From IMG/VR virus record IMGVR_UViG_3300020154_000003, positions 302,039 to 366,038 of that record: 64,000 bases of DNA. The stretch is one strand, 5' to 3'. Below are positions 57,562 through 64,000 of this stretch, one piece after another. The notes below the pieces were generated by a model, which was not told the DNA's origin, ran no database searches, and was given only the letters and a program-made list of their open reading frames with translations. Made by a program: the position numbers and the translations under genes. Positions within the stretch are counted from its first letter, which is position 1. Each line of letters opens with the position of its first letter.

Positions 57562-57598
57562 AAAATAAAAAAACCTTATCAATTTCTCGATAAGGTTT
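57562..57598 (-). terminator. Intrinsic terminator after the TerD-domain gene
   Basis: Perfect 10-bp stem AAACCTTATC/GATAAGGTTT plus long T-run on the minus strand. Confidence 0.8.
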
Positions 57599-57632
57599 CA
57601 TTGGGATTTACCCCTAAGTTGTTTCGCGTTCT

Positions 57633-59771
57633 TTACATCAACTGTGCAGCTTTGTCGTAGCTGGTTATAAAGTCTTCATACTTGAATTGAGTAGTGCTAC
57701 CATCAGGTGAAGATACCGCCACGCCTCTACTTCTAGCATGTAAACATGCAAGATCGTACACGGATAATTTGTCTTTGGTGATCAACGATCTCAGAATTTG
57801 TGAAGTCTGACCTCTACTGTTCTCCAGAGTAGCAAGACTTCCTGATTCCAGTTCCAAATCAGCCCAAATGTATTCTTTCATCAACAAATCGATGATACAG
57901 ATAACCACTGTCGAACTCTCATTAGCCAATGTCATGGCATTACTGATCGTTTTAGGAACGAAAAGAGGGTTCGATTCAGGATATTCTCTTTCCATCAGAC
58001 CAAACACGCAATCCTTCATGGTATGCATAGGTCTGCTTTGGAAATTATGTACTTGAACCACAGCATATCTCGCACCAGCATCATTACATGCGTTCACGTC
58101 AATATCAACGTATTCAGCACAAGCACCTTGTCTATGTCTTACGTCACCTGAGTGGCAAGAATTCAACGCAGCACTTTGCAAACGAGTAAATGATATATGA
58201 TCAACATTTTTCAAATCATTTGCATGAAATGAAACACTCAAATCCAAATCTTCGTAACCCTGTTCATCAAACCAATGGATGTAAGGTCTGATAACTTTTG
58301 CAGACTCAGCAAAAGGAATTCTTGTTCCTCTCACGTAAGTTTTAACAGAAGTATTGATACTTCTCATTGCCGATGGCAATGGAATGTTTTTCAACCTTTC
58401 ATCAATCCAGACACTACCCAACGGTTCAAGGTTACCAAACTGATCGGAGATACAGTTCAAAATAACTCTCTGAATTAAGGAAATTAACTCAGCATTTATC
58501 GGAGGTAGTGGCTCCAACTGCTTTTTGATTGATCTCTTACCTTTGATCATCACGCTTCTCGGAACATTTACTGTTGCTCTGTTTAAGAAATGGTTATATA
58601 GTTCCCACAAAACCTTTCTACTCACTTTAGGAGCGATTTTTTGAAATGTTTCCAGTACTGGAACAGCATCAAAGTTTCTCAACATCCAGTCAAGCCTTCT
58701 AGCATATTCTCCGGGTCTTTGGGATAGAACAGCCATACCTTTCAATTGACTTTCCTTAAAAGCAGCCTCAACTAAACCATTGAAGGTCTTAATTTCCTTT
58801 GCAGCGTTTCTCAACACATCGAAGGCAGATGCAGTTCTAGGAAACTGTTTTGCATATTCGGATGGGTGAAGAATTTCACCGAGTCTCAACCATCTTCCGA
58901 TTTTGAGTTTCATTTCACCCAAGTCGAGATTGGTTTTTTCAAGTAACCCAAGAAGATACTTTCTTTCACTTCTTGAAAATTTCTTGAACTTAAAACGTTC
59001 TCTTGCAGCTTCTTGAAACGCTTTGATATTGTTAAAAAACCATTTTTTTCTACCGTCTTTAACCTCACCGATAGTGACTTTTGGAACAGCAGGCAATGAA
59101 ATATCACCACCTGAAAGGTGTGTAGCGATTCTCAACACATCGGTTGCTGTTTTAACAGGTACGTTTAAACCATGACCAGCAAGCAAGCACAATGTTTCCT
59201 TGAAAGGAACCGTTGATGGCATAACCAAAGAATCACGCTGATTCAATATAAACCATTCAACTACAGCTTTATCGTTTTCAGTGATTGACTGATTGATAGA
59301 TACAAGTCTTGTGAAGATATTCGCAAACCCTTCTTCAGTACCAAGCTGGATAAGTGAAAACTCAGTGTTTTCAAACTTAATACCTCTGTCAAGTAATTCT
59401 TGATCAGGTTCCCATTTACCTTCAGACCAGTAATGTTTAACAGCCATTCTGAACAAGCCTATAAGACTTGTTTCCATGACTTGCTTAGGAAAATTCTTAA
59501 AAAGAGGGGAATAGTTGCCAACACCTAATTTCTTTTGAAGATGGGCAACAGCTTCGATATACCAATCGATGGAAACTACTTCCAAAGCTTCGGGGGATAG
59601 GATGTACCCCAATTGCATTAACTCAGCTTGGATTGTGTCAGCCACCGCAGACGAAACTGAACCGTCAGAAGTCGGAATCATCATCCCTCTTTGGAGGGCA
59701 ATGATATTTTTGGTTAAAGAACTTTCATTAGTTCTAACTTTAACGGCAGCGTTCGCAGTAGATGTACTCAT
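57633..59771 (-). CDS. Large alpha-helical protein with C-terminal TerD-like domain
   Basis: C-terminal DLDLSV...HSGDV...AEYVDID...RYAVVQVHNF TerD pattern; helical N-terminal region of about 480 aa. Confidence 0.7.
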   Translation of the reverse strand: MSTSTANAAVKVRTNESSLTKNIIALQRGMMIPTSDGSVSSAVADTIQAELMQLGYILSPEALEVVSIDWYIEAVAHLQKKLGVGNYSPLFKNFPKQVMETSLIGLFRMAVKHYWSEGKWEPDQELLDRGIKFENTEFSLIQLGTEEGFANIFTRLVSINQSITENDKAVVEWFILNQRDSLVMPSTVPFKETLCLLAGHGLNVPVKTATDVLRIATHLSGGDISLPAVPKVTIGEVKDGRKKWFFNNIKAFQEAARERFKFKKFSRSERKYLLGLLEKTNLDLGEMKLKIGRWLRLGEILHPSEYAKQFPRTASAFDVLRNAAKEIKTFNGLVEAAFKESQLKGMAVLSQRPGEYARRLDWMLRNFDAVPVLETFQKIAPKVSRKVLWELYNHFLNRATVNVPRSVMIKGKRSIKKQLEPLPPINAELISLIQRVILNCISDQFGNLEPLGSVWIDERLKNIPLPSAMRSINTSVKTYVRGTRIPFAESAKVIRPYIHWFDEQGYEDLDLSVSFHANDLKNVDHISFTRLQSAALNSCHSGDVRHRQGACAEYVDIDVNACNDAGARYAVVQVHNFQSRPMHTMKDCVFGLMEREYPESNPLFVPKTISNAMTLANESSTVVICIIDLLMKEYIWADLELESGSLATLENSRGQTSQILRSLITKDKLSVYDLACLHARSRGVAVSSPDGSTTQFKYEDFITSYDKAAQLM

Positions 59772-59798
59772 AACAGGTATAAGGTTAAAATAAAAAAA

Positions 59799-59870
59799 CT
59801 CTGGTAATTAATTACAGTAATTGGTCAAACATGAATTGATTTTTAGAAGTAACCATATTTGTAGCCAGAG
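59799..59870 (-). ncRNA. Structured 72-nt RNA unit 3 (closed by CTCTGG/CCAGAG)
   Basis: Terminal inverted repeat; GGCTA-N6-TGGTTACTTCTAAA...AATTACTG-N10-CC; followed by T7. Confidence 0.65.
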
Positions 59871-59880
59871 TAAATTGTAA

Positions 59881-59953
59881 ATATAAGGAAATTTGAATCA
59901 GTAGTTGTTTATCCATTTGTAGTTTAGAAGTAACCAACCCGATAGCCTTATAT
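59881..59953 (-). ncRNA. Structured 73-nt RNA unit 2 (closed by ATATAAGG/CCTTATAT)
   Basis: Terminal inverted repeat; same motif spacing as unit 3; carries TTCAAAT, a T-loop-like heptamer. Confidence 0.65.
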
Positions 59954-59968
59954 TGTACCTTTGAAAAG

Positions 59969-60040
59969 TAGGGATTAAGGGATTTGCACCCATATCTGTG
60001 TTCGCAATGAACACCGTTCTAAAAGTTAAACTAAGCCCCT
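59969..60040 (-). ncRNA. Degenerate 72-nt tRNA-like RNA unit 1
   Basis: Cloverleaf AGGGGCT-TA-GTTT/GAAC-G-GTGTT CATTGCG AACAC-AGAT-ATGGG TGCAAAT CCCTT-AATCCCT-A; lacks D-loop GG, TTC, U33 and CCA. Confidence 0.7.
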
Positions 60041-60058
60041 ATTTTTCTTATGAGGTTG

Positions 60059-60089
60059 CAAATATAGTTAAAAGTAACTTATTGTCAAC
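60059..60089 (-). promoter_or_regulatory. Bacteroidetes-type housekeeping (early) promoter
   Basis: GTTG-N19-TATATTTG matches TTTG-N19-21-TAnnTTTG with one mismatch; also reads TTGACA-N16-TATATT. Confidence 0.7.
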
Positions 60090-60197
60090 CTCTTTTTGAT
60101 ATTTTTTTGTGGTTTTACCCTTATTTTTCGAAGGGTAAAGATAAATACGAATTTTAATGGAAAAAGTTATAGAATTTTATAACTTTTTCCTATTTTT

Positions 60198-61274
60198 TTA
60201 GAATTTGAACTCGCTAAAATCGTCATTGGACGAATCTTTATTGAGAGAACCCACAATATAACTTGAAATTTGCGTTTCTTGGGGTGCCACTTGCACATTC
60301 TTGTTCTCAATCCAGTCGTTAATCCACGTTATCGGATTGCTGGTTTTTTCGAAGATCGGATTCAGGCCGATGGTCTTCATTCTCTGATTAGTAAGAAACA
60401 TCATGTATTTCTTAAGAATTTCAGAGTTTAAACCCAACATACTTCCGTTGCTGAACAGGTAATCAGCCCATTGCATCTCTTCTTTTGCCGCATCTTCAAA
60501 CATTTTAACCACCAACGGCTCACATTCTTTCACAACTTCCGTAAATCCTTCAGTCGGCTCTTCTTTCAGTTTTTTCAACAAGAATTGTGTAAAGCCAAGG
60601 TGAAGATTTTCGTCACGACAGATCAACTTAATGATTTTCGCGTTACCTTCCATTTTCTTGTTTTCAGCAAAGCAGAAAGAACAGGCAAAACTTACGTAAA
60701 ATCTTATGCCTTCAAGAATGTTGATTGAATTCAACGTCAGGTACAATTTCTTTTTCTTCTCATGATCGTCTTCGTCCGAAAGGGCATTGATCATGTTGTC
60801 ATAATATTCAGTAACTGATGAGGTTCTTTTCAGTACTTCGTTATCGTTCAACACGTTATCAAATATTTCAGAAGGACTAGGATAGACATTCTTAATAATA
60901 TAAGTGTACGAGTACGAATGTAATTGTTCAAAGAACTCCCATGCTTTGGCAAACGCCTCTACTTCCGGGGACGAACAATTTTCAAGCAAGTTAGAGATAC
61001 CTCTGGACTGCACTGAGTCCAGAAGTATTTGGTAACTTAAGTTTTTCGTGAAAATGAACTTCTCGTTCTTTGATAATGTCTCAAAATCCGCTCTGTCCTT
61101 ACCAGCAATATCCACTTCCTCAGGTCGCCAGAAGAATCCTAGCTGCTTTTTGTAAAGTTCGAACAAATTCGAGTATCTGAATCTGTCATACCGTTGGATA
61201 TTCAAACCTTCGCCAAAAAACATTGGCTCTTTCGTAAAATCTACAGAGTTGTTGAGATTTATTATTTTTTTCAT
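60198..61274 (-). CDS. nrdB: Class Ia ribonucleotide reductase beta subunit
   Basis: FFWRPEEVD, LLDSVQSR, EQLHSYSY, LEGIRFYVSFAC, RDENLH, VAPQE; probable start MKKII at 61274. Confidence 0.95.
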   Translation of the reverse strand: MKKIINLNNSVDFTKEPMFFGEGLNIQRYDRFRYSNLFELYKKQLGFFWRPEEVDIAGKDRADFETLSKNEKFIFTKNLSYQILLDSVQSRGISNLLENCSSPEVEAFAKAWEFFEQLHSYSYTYIIKNVYPSPSEIFDNVLNDNEVLKRTSSVTEYYDNMINALSDEDDHEKKKKLYLTLNSINILEGIRFYVSFACSFCFAENKKMEGNAKIIKLICRDENLHLGFTQFLLKKLKEEPTEGFTEVVKECEPLVVKMFEDAAKEEMQWADYLFSNGSMLGLNSEILKKYMMFLTNQRMKTIGLNPIFEKTSNPITWINDWIENKNVQVAPQETQISSYIVGSLNKDSSNDDFSEFKF

Positions 61275-61288
61275 TTTATAAACTGTTT

Positions 61289-63586
61289 TTAAATTGAACA
61301 AGCACCACTTTCACATGAAGCGTCAGCAAAATTGGATGAGAAATCATCGGTAGACGCATCGTTAATGTTCGCATAATATAGAGTTTTAAGTCCCATTTTA
61401 TATGAATACATTATATCTTTTATAACCACGGACAAAGGTAATTCATTATTTGGATAATTACTATAGTCGTAGTAATGATTTGCACTAATTGATTGATCCA
61501 TCCACTTCTGCATTACAGCACAGATGTTAGTAATTCCACGGTTATCCCCCATTCCGAAAGCAAATTGGTATTTATTCTTCAATTTGCTAATGTCAGGCAC
61601 AACCTGTCTCAAAACCCCCTGTTTTGACACTTTAGCGACAATAAGTGAACGTACTGGCTCGATACCGTTCGTTGAATTGGTGGTTAAAGAACTGCTTTCA
61701 CAAGGCATTTGAGCACTTAGGGTTGAATTTCTCAATCCGTGCTGAAGAATGCTTGCTCTAAGCCCTTCCCAATCCAAAGAATACGATCTTTTCACTAAAT
61801 TATCGACTTCTCTATTATAAGTATCAATCGGAAGTATGCCTTTTGAGTATTTTGTTCTATCAAACCACTCACAAGCACCCTTTTCTTTCGCAAGTTCGTT
61901 GCTGGCCTTCAAAAGATAGTACTGGAAGTGCTCCATAAGTTCATCAATCAATGGCAATGCTGCCTTATCGGTATAAGATACGTCATTTTTCGCTAGGAAA
62001 TAGGCCAAATTTGTCAAACCAACGCCAATTGATCTTCTTTTCAACATTTTTGTTGCTGCCTTCACCGGATAATCTTGATTATCGATTACAAAATCCAGAC
62101 TTCTCACAATATTATCACAGATACCTTCCAATTCACTTAAATTTTTAAGTTCACCAACATTAATTGCAGACAATACACACAATGCTATCTCACCAGCATC
62201 ATCAATTGAGTTTTCAATGTGAGTAATCGGTGTTGTTGGTAAGGTAATTTCAACACAGAGATTTGACATCTTTATAGAATCTAAGAAAGAACTATGAATA
62301 TTTGCATGATCCATGTTCATAACATACATTCTACCAGTTTCAATTCTTTCCTGAGCGAAATTATTCATCACATCTTTTGCGGGAATTTTTTTCACAGATA
62401 TTTTTTTCTTCCCTTCATATTCTTCGTACAACTTTTCGAAGGCATCATTATCGCCTGATACGAATGCTTCATACAGATCAGGTACTTCACCCGGAGAAAA
62501 GAGTGTAATATCTTTTCCTTCAACGAATCTCTTATAGAATAAACGGTTGAATTGAATTCCATAATCCATTTTACGCACTCTGTTGTCATCAGTACCTTTG
62601 TTATTCTTCAATACTAGAATATCCAATATTTCCTTATGCCAGAACGGAAAAAATGTTGTTGATGCTCCACCTCTAATACCATTCTGAGTACATGATTTTG
62701 TGGTGGATTCAAATTTCTTTAAGAAAGGAATTACACCAGTATGAATTACTTCACCATTTCTAATCTTATCTCCAATCGCACGAATACGTCCGAAGTTCAA
62801 ACCAATACCAGCACGTTTCGATGTGTAATACATCACTGCTAAATCGCTGTGGCCAATACTATCCAACGAATCTCCAACATCAACTAGCGTACAGCTTGAA
62901 TACTGTCTGTTAGGGGTTCTAACTCCTGACATGATAGGTGTGGGCAACGAAATTTTAAAGTTGCTTATATCGTTGTAGAATGATCTAATTTTTTGAAGTC
63001 TACTCTCAGTCTCTTCAGCATACAAGGTCATCGCGATCAACATAAACATGAACTGTGGAGTCTCATACACTTTACCAGTCTTTCTATCTTTCAATAGATA
63101 CTTATCAATCAACTGTTGCAGACCAGCGTAAACGAATGTGAAATCTCTTTGATGTCTTAGATAAGAATTTAATTTTTCAAATTCTTCTTCAGTGTATTTT
63201 TCTAAAACTATTTTATCATATACTCCCACCTTCACATTTTTTTTCACAACCTCATAAAGAGATGGTAAGTTATCGCCAGCAGAATTAAAAACTTGTTTTC
63301 TCAATAAATAATTTTGAAGGTTCGCTGCAACGAATTGATAGTTGGGGGTTTCTTCCTTAATCAATGATGCTGCTGACTGAATCAATATTTTATGTATTTC
63401 CTCAGTTTTAATCCCGTTGAACAACTGCAGATTAGCATTCATCGCAATATCTGATGCAGAGACATTATTTATCCCCTCTGTTGCCCATATTAGGACTTTA
63501 TTAATTTTTTCATAATCAAGCTGAACTTTAGTGCCATCGCGCTTAATAATTTGTATGTTATCTGTTTCTACGTTATTTGAACCCAT
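61289..63586 (-). CDS. nrdA: Class Ia ribonucleotide reductase alpha subunit with ATP cone
   Basis: IIKRDG ATP cone, PTPIMSG, YSSC, SNLCVEI, LCVLSA, MPCESS, GLKTLYY, C-terminal CESGAC. Confidence 0.97.
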   Translation of the reverse strand: MGSNNVETDNIQIIKRDGTKVQLDYEKINKVLIWATEGINNVSASDIAMNANLQLFNGIKTEEIHKILIQSAASLIKEETPNYQFVAANLQNYLLRKQVFNSAGDNLPSLYEVVKKNVKVGVYDKIVLEKYTEEEFEKLNSYLRHQRDFTFVYAGLQQLIDKYLLKDRKTGKVYETPQFMFMLIAMTLYAEETESRLQKIRSFYNDISNFKISLPTPIMSGVRTPNRQYSSCTLVDVGDSLDSIGHSDLAVMYYTSKRAGIGLNFGRIRAIGDKIRNGEVIHTGVIPFLKKFESTTKSCTQNGIRGGASTTFFPFWHKEILDILVLKNNKGTDDNRVRKMDYGIQFNRLFYKRFVEGKDITLFSPGEVPDLYEAFVSGDNDAFEKLYEEYEGKKKISVKKIPAKDVMNNFAQERIETGRMYVMNMDHANIHSSFLDSIKMSNLCVEITLPTTPITHIENSIDDAGEIALCVLSAINVGELKNLSELEGICDNIVRSLDFVIDNQDYPVKAATKMLKRRSIGVGLTNLAYFLAKNDVSYTDKAALPLIDELMEHFQYYLLKASNELAKEKGACEWFDRTKYSKGILPIDTYNREVDNLVKRSYSLDWEGLRASILQHGLRNSTLSAQMPCESSSLTTNSTNGIEPVRSLIVAKVSKQGVLRQVVPDISKLKNKYQFAFGMGDNRGITNICAVMQKWMDQSISANHYYDYSNYPNNELPLSVVIKDIMYSYKMGLKTLYYANINDASTDDFSSNFADASCESGACSI

Positions 63587-63627
63587 GTCTATGTTAATAT
63601 AAAATGATTAAAGTAAAGCATCCCCAT

Positions 63628-63650
63628 CCCTCACCATGAATGAGGGTTTT
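63628..63650. terminator. Hairpin upstream of nrdA
   Basis: CCCTCA/TGAGGG stem; T-run on the plus strand only. Confidence 0.4.
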
Positions 63651-63747
63651 GAATACATAATAAATTTTGGTTTTACGACTTCCGAAGTGTTTTTATAAAT
63701 ACAACTCAGACTTTTAATTTTCCAGAAGAAAGTGAAATTTTATCTTC

Positions 63748-63999
63748 CTATATATCAGTCGGTTGTAAATTCACTGTTTGCCCAATTATTGGTTGCTCAA
63801 CTACTTCGTCTTTCTTTTTGATGGTCTTTTCTCGCTCAATGTAATCGTCCTTGGCTTTATCAAGTGCTTTATTCAAAAATTCACTTTTCATCTGCCTATC
63901 CAAATCTGAATCTAAAGAACCAGTAGTATTTTTAGTGATTGTTGCGTTAGGCTTCGAATGTTCGATACACCTAATCTCCAATGTATCATTATTAAGAAT
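63748..63999 (-). CDS. 3' fragment of a gene entering from beyond the right edge
   Basis: Frame stays open from the edge (ILNNDTLEIRC...); track start is an internal TTG. Confidence 0.55.
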   Translation of the reverse strand: MLNNDTLEIRCIEHSKPNATITKNTTGSLDSDLDRQMKSEFLNKALDKAKDDYIEREKTIKKKDEVVEQPIIGQTVNLQPTDI

Positions 64000-64000
64000 A

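Larger units (their letters stand above)
3392..63702 (-). promoter_or_regulatory. Dispersed intergenic motif GTATTTAT (coding strand), putative phage late promoter
   Basis: Plus-strand ATAAATAC at 3392, 5825, 12837, 16660, 19907, 21148, 25432, 27146, 28544, 35379, 36186, 44423, 57539, 60141, 63695; all intergenic, mostly shortly upstream of minus-strand starts. Confidence 0.7.

Noticed and set aside
59956-59963. Plus-strand TACCTTTG antisense promoter in the RNA spacer
   Set aside because: No convincing -33 element; a single 8-mer match can be chance
59799-60040. Mini CRISPR array
   Set aside because: Shared motif is only about 14 nt inside self-closing stems, there are no identical 25-40-nt repeats and no cas genes
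59969-60040. Functional tRNA-Gln(TTG)
   Set aside because: Lacks U33, purine 37, D-loop GG and T-loop TTC; called tRNA-like instead
395-62148. Plus-strand ORFs in the track (e.g. 47695-48243, 22931-23320)
   Set aside because: All lie antisense within long minus-strand genes and show no recognisable motifs
28556-63586. Inteins or introns in PolB, helicase or RNR
   Set aside because: No Cys/Ser...His-Asn splice junctions or LAGLIDADG blocks seen; NrdA and NrdB are of normal length and uninterrupted
1-64000. Stop-codon recoding (code 15 or 4)
   Set aside because: Standard-code ORFs tile the minus strand densely and conserved enzymes are full length
1-64000. Eukaryotic giant virus or bacterial chromosome origin
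   Set aside because: gp6/gp25 baseplate and fibre genes, bacterial promoter and intrinsic terminators, and single-strand gene packing fit a tailed phage

Overview
AT-rich 64-kb segment of a jumbo/mega tailed (myovirus-like) bacteriophage. Every credible gene is on the minus strand, in the standard genetic code; the plus-strand ORFs are antisense shadows. Left to right: a nuclease cluster (metallophosphoesterase, GIY-YIG, RuvC-like); a baseplate/tail block (gp6- and gp25-like, Asp-box propellers) with an embedded protein O-glycosyltransferase-like gene next to a 20-Thr protein; a GT-B glycosyltransferase; a cassette of probable head-packaged effectors, including a 1405-aa kinase-kinase-ART-unknown-2H-CCA polyprotein, ParB-like, WYL and Nudix proteins; family-B DNA polymerase; SNF2 helicase; about 22 kb of giant modular fibre genes (two LRR paralogues, delta-60 propellers, a YadA-like beta-roll, a shared connector repeat); a self-contained unit of a Bacteroidetes-type promoter, three tRNA-sized structured RNAs and a TerD-domain protein; and class Ia nrdAB. 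A Bacteroidetes host is inferred from one TAnnTTTG promoter and SD-less, A-rich translation starts. All family assignments are motif recognition by eye; no database searches were run.
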